Positions 1 through 12,792 of a stretch of DNA of 64,000 nt are shown here, piece after piece (the first letter of the stretch is position 1; each line of letters opens with the position of its first letter). The stretch comes from Malacoraja senta (taxonomy: Eukaryota). A program made the translations under genes and the position numbers. Under the pieces are notes generated by a model. The model saw only the letters and a list, made by a program, of their open reading frames with translations, had not been told where the DNA came from and did not search any database. Location of the stretch: assembly GCA_038087875.1 (NCBI GenBank), contig JAXLNO010000627.1:248001-312000 (forward strand). The letters are read 5' to 3'.

Positions 1-115
1 AGTGAAGGCAGGCACGGGATACTGAGTTGGATGATCAGCCATGATCATATTGAATGGCCGCGCAGGCTCGAAGGGCCGAATGGCCTACTCCTGCACCTAT
101 TTTCTATGTTTCTAT
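1..115 (+). mobile_element. 3' end of CR1-type LINE
   Basis: GATCAGCCATGATCATATTGAATGG...CCTACTCCTGCACC plus (TTTCTATG)n tail; same end as the larger CR1 copy at ~20110-20206. Confidence 0.8.
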
Positions 116-2127
116 GGTAGCAGGGAGATGAGTGTGTGGCCAGGATGGTGTGGGACTTTGCTGATACTGCCAGCCTTTTTGAGGCAGCGACTGCGATAAA
201 TCCCCTCGATGGAAGGAAGGTCAGAGCCGATGATGGACTGGGCAGTGTTTACTACTTTTTGTAGTCTTTTCCTCTCCAGGGCGCTCAAGTTGCCGAACCA
301 AGCCACGATGCAGCCGGTCAGCATGCTCTCTACTGTGCACCTCTAGGCGTTAGAGAGAGTCCTCCTTGACAAATCGACTCTCCGTAATCTTCTCAGGAAG
401 TAGAGGCGCTGATGTACTTTATTGGTAATTGCATTAGTGTTCTCGGACCAGGATAGATCTTCAGAGATGTTCACGCCCTGGAATTTGAAGCTCTTGCCCC
501 TTTCAACCATCGACCCGTTGATATAAACGGGACTGTGGGTCCCCATCCTACTCCTTCCAAAGTCCACAATCAGTTCCTTGGTTTTGCTGGTGTTGAGGGC
601 CAGGTTATTGTGCTGGCACCATATGGACAGTTGCTCGATCTCTCTTCTATACTCTGACTCATCCCCATCAGTGATACGTCCCACAACAGTGGTGTCGTCA
701 GCGAACTTGATGATGGAGTTCGCACTGTGTCCGGCTACGCAGTCATGAGTATAGAGCGAGTACAGCAGGGGGCTGAGCACGCAGCCTTGAGGTGCTCCCG
801 TGCTGATTGTTATCGAGTCTGACACATTTCCACCAATACAAACAGACTGTGGTCTGTGAATGAGGAAGTCGAGGATTCATTTGCAGAGGGATGTGCAGAG
901 ACCCAGTTCTGCGAGTTTGGTAACCAGCTTGGAGGGGATGATTGTGTTAAATGCCGAGCTGTAATCGATGAATAACAGCCTGACATATGAGTTTTTGTTG
1001 TCCAAGTGGTCCAGAGTTGAGTGGAGGGCCAGCGAGATCGCATCCTCCGTTGATCTGTTGTGGCGGTAGGCAAACTGCAGTGGGTCCAGGTTTTTGTCGA
1101 GGTAGGAGCTGATTTGCTCCATGATCAACCTCTCAAAGCACTTCATCACCACAGGCGTTAGTGCCACTGGTCGATAGTCATTGAGGCACGTCACCTTACT
1201 CTTCTTGGGCACTGGTATAATTGATGCCCTATTAAACCAGGTGGGGACCCCAGACCTCAGAAGTGAGAGGTTGAAAATGTCCGTAAAAACTCCAGCCACT
1301 TGGGCCGCACAGGTTTTTAGAACACGACCGGGTATACCATCAGGTCCAGGCGCTTTTCGAGGGTTCACCCCTCTGAAGGATTTCCTGATGTCGGCCTCTG
1401 TGACTGAGACTGAAATACCATCACAGTGAATGGGGGCTCGGGAAGGCACATCAGTATTCTACCTATCAAAAAGCTGGGGATGAGCCATGTCTCTGTAAAA
1501 CAGAACACAGAGCATTCCCTCAGCTCCCTTTGATAAAGCAGTCTTGCTCTTAAGTCCTCCACTTTATTTTCAAGGGACTGTACGTTGGCCAGTAGGATAG
1601 TAGGGAGAGGGGGCCGAAGTCCCATGCGCTTCAGTCTGACCTGAAGTCCTGCCCGTCGGCCACTTTTCCGGACACAATGGAGGCTTCCCCTTTGTTTCCA
1701 GGTATTGAGTCTACTGTACCTGCTGTTTCTGCGAACCTGCGCTGGAACGGGGTTTCCTTCACCGACGGCAGCTCCAGATCCATAACGAACGTGGGTACCT
1801 TCAAAGTCGGCAGCTCCAGCTTCGTTGTTCCTGGAGGATCCAGCCCGTCGGCTCTGGATGTCATCCCGGGGTTCCCAGGTACCGTACCTGGGTTCCTCAG
1901 TCGGGTCGGGTGTTTTACAGCGAGCGTGGGAAAATTTAAAGTCCGCGGCTCCCGCAGCTGCGGGAGATCGCGAAATTGCGAGAGCCTTGAGGTGCTCAAG
2001 TAGCTTGTCCGAAACGGCACCGTTTTCTGCCGTTTTCCTGATCCAGGTGAGTTGATTGAAGTTGTATCTAAGCCTTTTAGGTTCTGGTGCTCCCCAAAAG
2101 TTGCCGCAGGCAGGCGCCATCTTGGGA
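113..2127 (-). mobile_element. Rex1/Babar-type LINE, internally deleted and degenerate
   Basis: RT motifs in ORFs 877-1449 ([29 protein letters not shown]) and 343-825 (GAPQGCVLSPLLY, KFADD); endonuclease start PLPTILLANVQSL..FTETWL at ~1480-1620; 5' end CCAAGATGGCGCC at ~2113-2125. Confidence 0.85.
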
Positions 2128-2955
2128 CTGGTGTAGCGAAATCATGGTACTGTCTAACTTCTGTTCTCCCAATCTAGAATCCTTCTTTATAAACTGCAAA
2201 CCCTTTTATACTCTGAGGGAATTTACCTCTTTTATTCTCGCTGGGGTTTACATCCCCCCAAGCCTGCGTACGTGAGATGCAACCGCAACTCGCCGACTAG
2301 GTAATGAGGGTAGAGAGTGACTTCCATGGCCATTGTTTTGGGGGACTTTAACACGGTTAACCTCAGCCGAGACCTTCCAAAATACAGACTTCATGTTACC
2401 TGCCCCACCAGTGAGTCGAGAACACTGGATCACTGTTACACTTCAATCAAGAACGCATCTCGCTCCGTTCCCCGGGCGGCTCTGGGTCTCTCTGATCATT
2501 ATTCAGTTCACCTTATTCCGACCTACAGGCAGAAACTAAAATCTGCTAAGCCTGTGCTCAGAACAATGAAAAGGTGGACAAGCGAGGGCATTGAAAACCT
2601 ACAGTCCTACTTTGACTGCACGGATTGAAATGTGTTCAGGGAAGCAACCACAAGCCTCCATGAGTATACAGACACTGTGACATCATATGTCATCTTTTGT
2701 GAGGACAGTTACATTCACATTAGGACCCGGATCTGATTCAACAACGACAAGCCCTGGTATACAGCAGAACTCAGACAGCTCCGCCAGTCTAAAGATGAGG
2801 CCGACAGGAGCTGGGTGCAGACCTCTACAGGCAGGCCATGTACAAGCTGAGAAGAGGAATCAGAGCTGCCAAGGAAAGGAACGGAAAGTTGAGGAGCAAG
2901 TTCTCAGCTAGTGACTCTTCTTCAGTTTGGAAGGGCTTGCAAGGTATCTGAAGAA

Positions 2956-3056
2956 TCAGTCTGAAGAAGGGTTTCGGCCCGAAACGTTGCCTATTTCCTT
3001 CGCTCCATAGATGTTGCCTCACCCGCTGAGTTTATCCAGCACTTTTGTCTACCTTG
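2956..3056 (+). mobile_element. Short Penelope-related element with hammerhead core, inserted into the Rex1 LINE
   Basis: CTGAAGA-A-GGGT-TTCG-GCCC-GAAACGTT followed by the same downstream module as 32481-32575. Confidence 0.7.
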
Positions 3057-3164
3057 CAAGATATCATCAGCTGCAAGAGGAAAGTCCCCGCTCCTTGGAC
3101 AATCGTCAGCTGACCAACGACCTCAACGAGTTCTACTGCAGGTTCGATAAACATAAACGTAACT

Positions 3165-3410
3165 CTGGTACCCCATCCCCACTCCCCAAACAACACTTCA
3201 CACCTCCTCACAGCCTGACCCCAGTTTGCAAAGACTGCACCCTTCCCCACCCACTCCTGCCCAACCATCACTTCACACCTACCTGCAGCCTGACTCCAAT
3301 CTGTAAAGACTGGGCACTTACCCACCCACCCGTCTCCAATCACCACTTAACACCCACTTACAGCCTGACTCCAATCTGCAAAGACTGGGCCATCGTCCAC
3401 TACCCACCCC
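3165..3410 (+). repeat. ~63-bp tandem repeat, 3-4 units, inside the Rex1 LINE
   Basis: Recurring CACTTCACACC..CAGCCTGACTCCAATCTG(T/C)AAAGACTG. Confidence 0.75.
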
Positions 3411-4944
3411 CTCCTTGCTGCCCAACATCAGTCTGGCCATTTCTCCATCACTACCAATAGAAATTGAGGAGGTGGCGAGGCTGTTAAGAAGAAAGAAAGG
3501 CCGAAAATATCTAGGACCGGACAATGTTTCCCCCTTTACCCTCAAGATCTGTGCCGAACAGCTGGCACTGGTCTACACAGCCATTTTCAACCAGTCCCTG
3601 CAAATCTGTCCAGTCCCTGACAAGGATCACTGGTCTTAATGACAAGCGGCCTGTCGCACTGACCTCTGTAGACCCTTGAAAGACTTGTGCTGGCCAAGCT
3701 GAAAAATATTACTGGACCATCTGCAGTTTGCATACCGGGCCAATAGATCGGTGGATGACGCGGTCATCCTTGGCCTGCACTTCATCCTCCAGCACCTAGA
3801 CCGCCAGTAACACCTATGCAAGGATTTTGTTTGCTGAGTTTAGCTCTGCATTCAATTGTGCCAGAGCTACTACACTCCAAACTTTCCAAGTTGACTGTAC
3901 CTGCACCCCTGTGTCGCTGGATCACCAACTTTCTGACAGACAGGAAGCAGCATGTGAGGCTGGGAAGTCACATCTCGGACCCGCAAACCCTCAGCATAGG
4001 AGCACCGCAAGGCTGCATACTCTCCCCTCCCCTTTACTCTCTCTACACTACGACTGCACCTCCACGGACTCCTCTGTCAAGCTTCTCAAATTTGCGGACG
4101 ACATTACGCTGATTGGACTGATCCAGACTGGGGATAAATCTGCCTACACACAGGAAATGACACAGCTGGCGTTCTGGTGCCTTCGTAACAACCTGGAGCC
4201 CAATGCTCTTAAGACAGTGGAATTGATAGTAGACTTTAGGCGATCTCCCCTCCCCTCCCCCACTCACCATCAACACCAACACCAAGTACTCAACACCACA
4301 GTCACGTGTTTGTAGTCTTTTAAGTTCCTTGGAACGATCGTCTCCACGGACATGAAATGGGGGGGGGGCCACCATCGACCCCATAGTCAAAAAGGCCCAA
4401 CAGAGGATGTAATTCTTGCGGCAGCTGAGGAAACACAATCTGCTACAGGCAATGCTGGTCCATTTCTATACTGCCATCGTAGAGTCTGTTCTCACTTTCT
4501 CCATCATGGTCTGGTTTGGCTCAGCCAGCAAGCATGACATCCGGAGGCTGCAGAGAATCGGCCGATCAGCTGAGATGGTTATTGGCTGCAACCTTCCCCC
4601 CATTAACACTGCAAGGACCAGGAAGCGAGCGGGTAAGATCATCTCACCCTGGCAACAAACTAGTTGAATCACTTGCCTCTGGAAGACGAATCCGGCCTGG
4701 CAAAGCCGCCACAGCCAGACATAAAAATTGTTTTTTTTCCCACGAGTAGTAGCTCTACTCAGCAACGAAAAGTCTGTAACCTCATTTTACTCTGGTATTT
4801 AATTCACATGTAATATTTTATTATTAATGTTTTATGTGTCATTCTTAATTGTTACTGTATGTCGTGTTGTTACTTGCAAGCACCAAGGCAAACCACTTGT
4901 ATGTGTACATACTTGGCCACTAAACATTCATTCATTCATAGTGA

Positions 4945-6730
4945 TATTTCACGAACCACAAGAGTTAGGAGTGGCTCCAAATGATTGGAATATTGCCAAT
5001 ATTAATCCGCTGCACAAGGAGGGAGCAAAGCAGAATAGTGGGAACAATAGGCTGGTTATTCTGGACTACGGTGGTTGGTAAGATTTTTTTTATTTTTTTT
5101 ATTTTTATTATTTTTTTATTTTTATTAGAAGTATTTTGCATTACACAAATCTGCAATAACGTAAATTTATACAATTCTTGTACAAACTTCTGTTTTTCAA
5201 CTTTAATAGAAAAAAAGGATAGAAAGAGCTAGCAAAGACAGTCAGTGAGTGAGTGAGAAAGTGGTCCAGGAACACACATGTGAACCTTAACCACAAGAAG
5301 TAGTTAAAGAAGAAAAGAAAAAAAAGAGAAAAAATAAAATAAAATAGGACAATCTGAAAGGGATGTACCTACTTCTTATCTTTACTCACCCCTCGCCAGG
5401 TCCTAAAACCATTTATTATCAGGTTGGTAAGATTTTAAGAGTCCATCATAAAGGTTGAGGTTAAGCAGTATTGAGACGGTCACGATAAAATAGTTTGAAG
5501 TCAGCAAGGCTTTGTGAAGGGGGGATCATGCTTTACAAATTTGCCGGAATTCTTTGATGATGTAAATAGCAGGACCGACAAAGGCCTTTGATAATGCCAC
5601 ATGTGAGGCTGCTGATGATGATGAGAGCCCATGGTATCAAAGGGCAGATACTAGCATGGATAGCAGGTTGCCTGGATGGCAGAAGACAAATTATGGCAAT
5701 AAAGAGGGATTTTTCTGGTTGGCTGCCAGTGACTGACGGAGATCCGTAGGTGTCGGTGCTGTGGCCGCTACCCTTCACGTTAAATATTAATGATTTTGAC
5801 GAGGGGGTCGAAGGCTTTGTAACCGAGTTTGTGGATAATACGAAAATACTTGGAGGGGCATGTAGTGTAGAGAAAGCAGGCACTCTGCACACGGCCTTGG
5901 ACAGGCTGGGAGAGTTGGCAGACAAGTGGCAGATGGAATATAGTGCAGCTTAAGTGTGGACTCATGCATTTAGTAGTAGGAGTAAAGGCATAGACTTTTT
6001 TCATAATGGGGAGAGAATCCAGAAATCGGAGGTGCTCAGGGACTTGGGAGTGCTGGGGTCGGATTCCCAAAAGGTTAATCTGCAAATAGAATCAGTAGTT
6101 AAGAAAGCAAATTCAATGCTAGCATTTATTTCAAGAGAGCTTGTGCACAAAACAAAGATGTAATGCTGAGGGTCCATAATGCGCTGTTAAGGCTTTTGGA
6201 ATATTATGAGCAATTTTGGGTAGCATATGTGAGGATGGCTCTGGAGTGGGTCCAGAGGAGGTTTACAAGAGTGATCCCAGGAATGTGTAGGTTAACCTAT
6301 AATGAGCGTTTGTCGGCACTGGGCCTGTACTCGCTGGAGTTTAGAAAAATAAGTGGGGACCTCATTGAAACATACAGAATAGTGAAAGGCTTGGGTAGAG
6401 TGGATGTGGAGAGGATGTTTCCACTCGTGGGAGAGTCTAGGACTAGGGGTCATAGCCTCAGAATTAAAAGACGTTATTTTAGGAAGGAGATGAAGATATA
6501 TTTATTTCGTCGGATGGTGGTGAATCTGTGGAATTCACTGCCACAGAAGGCTGTGGAGGCCGCCAGTGAATATATTTTTAAGGCAGAGATAGATAGATTC
6601 TTGATGTACAGATGTCAGAGGTTATGGGGAGAAGGCAGGAGGATGGGGTTCGGAGGAAGAGATAGATCCGCCGTGGGTGAATAGGGAGTAGACTTGATGG
6701 GACGAAATGCCTAATTCTACTCTTATGACT
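4945..6730 (+). mobile_element. Degenerate CR1 LINE RT and 3' fragment, interrupted by an AT-rich insert at ~5085-5420
   Basis: ORFs 5750-5953 and 6163-6684 (VQRRFTR, LGLYSLE, VVNLWNSLP); GGTTGGTAAGATTTT occurs on both sides of the insert. Confidence 0.8.
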
Positions 6731-7575
6731 TCCCTGCAGCTGCACCTGACCTGAGATTGTCTGCCCAGATATTCCTGGAATAGTCTTCGTGTACCACATT
6801 GGTGTTCAGAGTGTTTTAGTGTACAGGACAGAGCACTTGTTTCAAAGACCAGGATACCGTATTTGCTCTGCGACTTTGTACAGTTTGTGTTCTGACAGTA
6901 CAATGGCAAGATGCCTACACGGTTTGCCTTTTCCATGAAGTTTCGTGCTGTTGTACATTGCAGTGGACTTACACGGAGTGCTTGCGTTAGTTTGTCCTTG
7001 ATCCGAGCCAACCATTGCCAGTGTAAAACGGTCAATGGCTTTCCAGTGGCGTTTGGTCGTGTTGACGCCACCAACATTTCCGTACTCCGATGCTCCGCTG
7101 CTGTTTTCAGAAGGTCCATCTCTCCATAGGCCAGCCCGAGATGTTGTAGTTTACAGTGCTGACATTTCCGTCACGTGCAACGTTGAGATGTTTATATAAT
7201 ATTATTTTGGTCAGCATCGTCACTGCCCTGTGTGAGTAACATGGGAACGCGTGTACACACTGCACTGCGTGTGTTTTACAGGCCTGTGAGGGAGCAGTTC
7301 AGCTGTTTCTCAGTCTATGCCCCGTCATGGAAGGCCTCGTGATGTTCTTTGACCGAGCCGTAACCGGGCGGTTTCTAGCCGGAATCGGGAACGTACGGAG
7401 CCGAAATAAAGTGCGGCCAATTGAGCGCCGGCTCCCACAGTTGTGAGTCAGTGCTGCCGGCTGGTTCAGCTTCACTGCCGTTGACAGGGAACATGGTGTG
7501 GGTCCGGTTAGATCGAGGTTCTGATTACCCTGCTCGTGATGGACATGAAATTTGTGACAACACAGAGTGTTCAAG

Positions 7576-9025
7576 TGTCATCATCATCGGCGGTCACTCG
7601 AAACCAGTATGGCTGTCCTCTCCATAGGGTCGTCTACTTGTGGGTCTGCAGATGTCTGTAGAGGCCGATCCGCGATCCACACATCTTGGTGCAACGTGGG
7701 CAGTGGAGACTGGCGGTGGTTGGTAGTCGTCGAGCCCCCTTCTCTCTGTCGCTTTGTCTCTGCGACACCGCGTAGTTCCATTTCATGAAGTGCAGCTCCT
7801 TCCTGCACGGATTTCCTCCAGGAGCGCCTGTCCAGTGCAATGTGCTCCCAGTTGCTTGATGTGATGTGGAATTTCTTCAGACTGTTCCTGATGTTGTCCT
7901 TGAAGCGTTTCTTTGGCCTGCCGGGGGCTCGCAGACCTTCCTTCAGTTGAGTGTACAGGATTTGTTTAGGGAGACGTGTATTGGACATGCGGATGACATG
8001 GCCAGTCCATCGAAGTTGGTGCTGCATTATTGTGGTGGTGATGCTGGTCATGTTGGCTTCCTCCACAATGCTGATGTTGATGCGTTTGTCCTCCCAGCTG
8101 ATCCTCAGAATCTTTTGTCAGGATCTTTGATGGTATTATTCCAGGGCTCTCAGGTGCCTGCTGTAGGTGGTCCATGACTCGGCTCCATACAACAGGGTGG
8201 AGAGGACAACGGCTCTGTAGACCAGCAGTTTTGTTTGAGCCTTTAGGTCTCGGTTTTGAAAGACTCTTTCCGTGAGTCTGGCGTAGGCTCCGCTGGCGCA
8301 ACAGGCGATGGTTGACCTCAGAATCGATGTCATATTTCGAGGAAAGAATGCTGCCAAGGTAGGGGAAGTGGTCACCGTTTTCAAGAGTGAATTCGTCTCT
8401 TTTATATTGGGTAGGTAGACGTCTGGTTGGGTGGAGGTTGAAGTAGGACCTGGGTCTTCTTGATATTTAAGGCTGGGCCCAGGCATTCAGGATGCCCTGG
8501 AGGTCTGGCAAAGGCATTCAGGATACCCTGGAGGTCTTGTGCAGAGTGTGCTGCAATGGCGCAGTCGTCCGCTTACTGAAACTCCGTGATGGCGGTGTTA
8601 CTGACTTTGCTCCAGGCCTTCAACCTATTGAGGTTGAAGAGCCCACCGTCAGTTCTGTAGAGGATTGGGATCCCCTGTGGCAGCTCTTCACCAATGAGGT
8701 GAAGTATGGAAGCAATGAAGACGACAAACGGGGTGGGTGCGATGATACATCCCTGTTTGACCCCCGCTTCCACAGTGAAGGGCTCGGACTCAGAGCCGCA
8801 GTTGCTGAGCACTGTGACCGACATGCCATCATGTAGAAACCTCAATATACTGAATTATTTGTCGTAACAACCGTACCTTGATAGTATGCTCCAAAGAGCC
8901 TGGCGGTCTACCGAGTCTTTGTCAGGTCGATGAAGGCCAGGTACAAAGGCTGCCTTTGATCATGGCATTTTTCCTGGAGTTGGTGTGCTGTGAATATCGC
9001 GTCTGCTGTACCTCTGGGTGGTAAA
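7576..9025 (-). mobile_element. RTE (BovB-like) LINE, 5'-truncated copy
   Basis: GVKQGCIIAP, LLYGAESW, LRWTGHVIRM..RLPKQILY; (GAT)n tail at ~7578-7589; highly similar to 43660-45088. Confidence 0.9.
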
Positions 9026-10689
9026 TCACGTGGGTTCTGAGGATTCTGGTTCGACGCTGGCTGAATCACCCATCTCGGATCCGCAGTGCTCTACTCTGAC
9101 CAGTACCCTCAACCAATTTCCCATAGTTCGGTGTGAATCTAAATGGATGACCTGACGTGTGTGGTAGAAAGACCTCGGGAAGGAAACAGAAACAGCAACA
9201 AGTTGTCTCTTGTGGCTGTGAATGGCAACAGTCATTCATTCTTTGTCTGGAGGGCTCGCGTGTTTCGCTCAGACAATATCGGTAATGGAGATGATGTAGG
9301 AAATCGCCGGACATTCAAAGTATTTTTATTATCCATAGGTGTTTTATAATTATCCACTTAATGGGTGTGGCGACTTTCGACAAGATGGTGTGATCCACGT
9401 GATGTGTCTGGTACACAGTGACAGGATGGACAATGGTCTCAGTGCTGATTGGTATCGAGGCCTGAGGTGTTGACACCCCGCCAGCGGCGCCAATGACACT
9501 TGAAGCTGTGACCGGTGCATTGGTCAGGGAACAGCCTGGTTGTGTCAGTGACTCTCACGTGTTGCCGCTATATCAGTATCCCGGACACGCAGATCCGCCC
9601 TTTAGAGCTGGAGCCGCTCGGTGACTTGTGAGACTGGCGGCCACTGTATTGGGAGAGAGCATCCCGTGTCCTTGCCCCGCCCAGTCCTTCGTTTCATCCG
9701 CCTTCTTTTCATTGCTCTGGCGGCCATAAGGCCAATATGGTCGGGAATCAGTGATAGCTCCTGGGAACTTGATTTAGGATTGAGTACTTCCAGCAATGTT
9801 GCTCGCAACCCGTCCCTAGGTTAGTTGACGTTTCATGTGGTGGGAAAAACCGCACACATGGTGGCCTTGGAGACTGGGTGGCATGTAGGAATCTATAAGG
9901 CCGCCTATGTAACACCTCCTGGTCATATCGGCGTGACAAATGTTTGTCCTGTTGCACTGAGCCGCAGGATTATGGGAGGATCACAGTATAACATGACTGT
10001 GTGCCGCTGTGTGGGGCTGTTCTGTTCTCTGAGATGTCGCCTCAGATTTACGTCCGTTCCTCGCCAGTTTCATTGCAGGTAAAATTACCTTGGTGGGACT
10101 TGGTGCGCCAACACGTGGCGAGACATGTGCTGCCTAGGTTGTATGCAAAGCAAAGCAGTTCAGTGTACATGTGATACATCTTCCAATCAGTTACCTATGG
10201 ACCAGGCCCAGTATGATGGTAGCTGTCCCTTTCACGCAGTCAGACGCCGTGAAAATATGTGATGTGGCATTTACCATACCTATCATAATTATAGTCCATG
10301 CATTATTGCAACTATATACCTCATTATCACATCTGCACAGTTGCTACATCTAATGATTCCATTCCGTGTCAGACATTGTAAGCCACAGCCCCTGGTGCGG
10401 CAGGACTAGGACATGGACAGAAACGTATCTGTTCCTAACAGTGAAGCAACAGGTTGGTCAGTGAGTCCTGCCCGATTTCAGCATAGACTCTGTAATCTTT
10501 ACCTGGTGTTCACTGCCTAGGTGAAACCTAGTTAATCACATTCTGTTTTCTGATGTTCAACGTGTCGCTCTAAATCTGTAATTCCCACAGCTGTGCTAAT
10601 CTGGGAACAGTTGACGTGGCCTGTTTTTTCTGTGCATGCAACTGACGTCGATAGCCAGGAGACTGGTGCCGCTGGAGATTTCTCTTTGC

Positions 10690-10697
10690 TATAAAAA
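10690..10697 (+). promoter_or_regulatory. TATA box of the GPCR gene, with CRE-like TGACGT sites upstream at ~10612 and ~10643
   Basis: TATAAAAA starting 83 bp upstream of the exon-1 ATG. Confidence 0.55.
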
Positions 10698-10772
10698 GGG
10701 ATCAAGTGAGCATCTCATCACCGTTTTGGCAGCAGCCCTGGTGTGTTGATTCAACAGAGGAGTCGTCACATC

Positions 10773-10851
10773 ATGGAGAACATGGGAGTCTCACTACTTC
10801 ATCAAATAATGTCGATTTACTATCCGGTTCTGGCCGCTGTTGGTGTTCCCG
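10773..10851 (+). CDS. GPR139-like: GPR139-like class A GPCR, coding exon 1 (MENMGVSLLHQIMSIYYPVLAAVGVP + G)
   Basis: ATG at 10773; TM1-start motif YYPVLAAVGVP; donor G|GTGAGA in phase 1; joins exon 2 to give ...GVP-V-N-LVTIVIL. Confidence 0.85.
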
Positions 10852-12077
10852 GTGAGAGGTTACTCACATGTACGCACCGTGTTCATTACTGTTATATCTG
10901 AGATGTTGCTGATGACTGTGTGCCGTAGTGCCCGCTTGTTTCGTTGTTGTATGATTCTGGGTATGGTATTTGCCCAATTGTGAGGTTGATTTCAAAGTAA
11001 CCACCTATCTTCATTCAAACTGTAGTCTCAGGCAAGATGGTCTTGTTTTATGTTGACTCCAAAATATCTAGCCGTGGATCTGTGAATCTGCCGCCAGTGT
11101 CATGTCAGAATTATCATTGTGAATGCACAGTACATTCTGGTGTGTGGACTAATTGGAGTAACATACTGCTGACCCCATGCTTTGTGAAATGCACCTTGAA
11201 ATAATCCATGATAGATGATCAGGATACGTGTTCAGATAATCCAGGGTATTTCGGTAGTTTCAGCACTGAGTGAAACTGTCCTGCTGCCAATTACGTTCTT
11301 GCTTTTTCCGGGACTAAAAATTCGGCCGTTGATGCTCCAGCCCGTGTGAGACCAGGGTTTTTGCTCTGTTGCGAGAGAAACGCATCAGTTTCACTCCAAG
11401 CACTTTTTTTCATTCACCGGCGGCGTGGAATATTTCCGCATTTTGGAAATAATCCCAGGTGGTCTGGAGTGAAATGCGAAAATGTTTGAAACCGCATGTC
11501 TGGGAGCATTTGTGGAGAGAGAAAGAGTTAAAGTTTCAAATCAAAGTTTCTTTCTCTGGAAGCAAGGAATAAAAACAAACAGGTTTATCTGAGCGGCAGT
11601 GATGTTGGAAAGGACAAGGGCTGGAGTGTAGCGAATGTCTGGAGTAGGGATAGGTTTTCACTGAATGGATAATTGAACTACATTATCTGTGTAACGTGTT
11701 CCTAACCTGGTCCACTCTGGGTGACATTGTACAATCTGGGTGTCGCTCTGTATTCCGTGTGCGGTTGTACTGTTGGTGACGGTGTGAATTCGGGTGAATT
11801 TGTACAGTCTGGTCGAGTGGGAGTTGCCCAGGATATTCCAGTATTTCCAGTTGTTGGCAATATTTCCTGATTTCCAACATCCACAATTTATTCTTGACTT
11901 TCCCGCTGGCCTGCGGTTGTGATGCTCCGCTTTCAGGAATGGGACCGCTTTAGCCCTCCCTTTGTACGTGGCGGCGTTGCTTGAGTCCGGCCTTTACTGG
12001 GTTAATGACAGTTCAGGCAGTGGTCGAGAGATGGCGCCGTATTATTATGTGGACTGAGTCGATTTTAATTCTTATCT

Positions 12078-12792
12078 CATACCTGCCAACATTTGAAAAT
12101 GAAAAATCTTACTCTGAGTGCGCGCGCGCCGAAGGTCATACCCATGTAAGAGCACAAGAACATATAACTTGTTTATTGTGTATTTGTAATACAGTTTATT
12201 ATGTATTATATGTCATAGTTGCTTTCTTGCATTTGGCCAGAAGTTTATCATTGAAAGTCATTTGGTAGCAACGTTTCCCCATCGCCCGGGGTAATATTAG
12301 GAGGCTGGAATCTCTCCATCTCTCTCCCTCTCTCTCCCTCTCCCACCCTCTCTTTCTCTCTTTCCCTCTTTCCCTCTTTCCCTCTTCCCCTCTTTCCATC
12401 TTTCCCTCTTTCCCTCTTTCCCTTTCCCCTCTCCCCTCTCCCCCTCTCCCCCTCTCTCCCTCTCTCTCTCTCTTTCTCTCGCTCTCTCTCTCTCTTTCTC
12501 TCTCTGTGAAGCTGGTCGGTGATTGTCCACAACGCCACTCGGAGACAGTGTCTGATTGGCCGCCAAGTGAACAGCGCATTATGTGATTGGCCACAATGAC
12601 CTTGGAGACAGCGGCTGATTGGAGGGGAATTTTAAGGGAAGCTGCTCGGTGATTGGACACAATCCCCTTAGAGACAGCGGTTGATTGGCCGTTTTTCCCC
12701 TCATTTCAAAATCGTACTGTTCCGATTTTTCTCTCTTTTTACACAGACAAATCGGAACAAATGCGATGAAATCGGACTAGTTGTCAAGTATG
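12078..12792. mobile_element. Non-autonomous DNA transposon with ~13-bp TIRs and 6-bp TSD
   Basis: Left end CATACCTGCCAAC, right end GTTGTCAAGTATG; TTATCT flanks both ends; internal CT-rich microsatellite and repeated GATTGG. Confidence 0.7.

Larger units (their letters stand above)
2128..4939 (+). mobile_element. Second Rex1/Babar-type LINE, 5'-truncated and frameshifted
   Basis: Endonuclease IVLGDFN..TLDHCY..SDH (2317-2628); RT GAPQGCILSP and KFADD (3816-4315); (ATTC)n tail at ~4926-4939. Confidence 0.85.
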
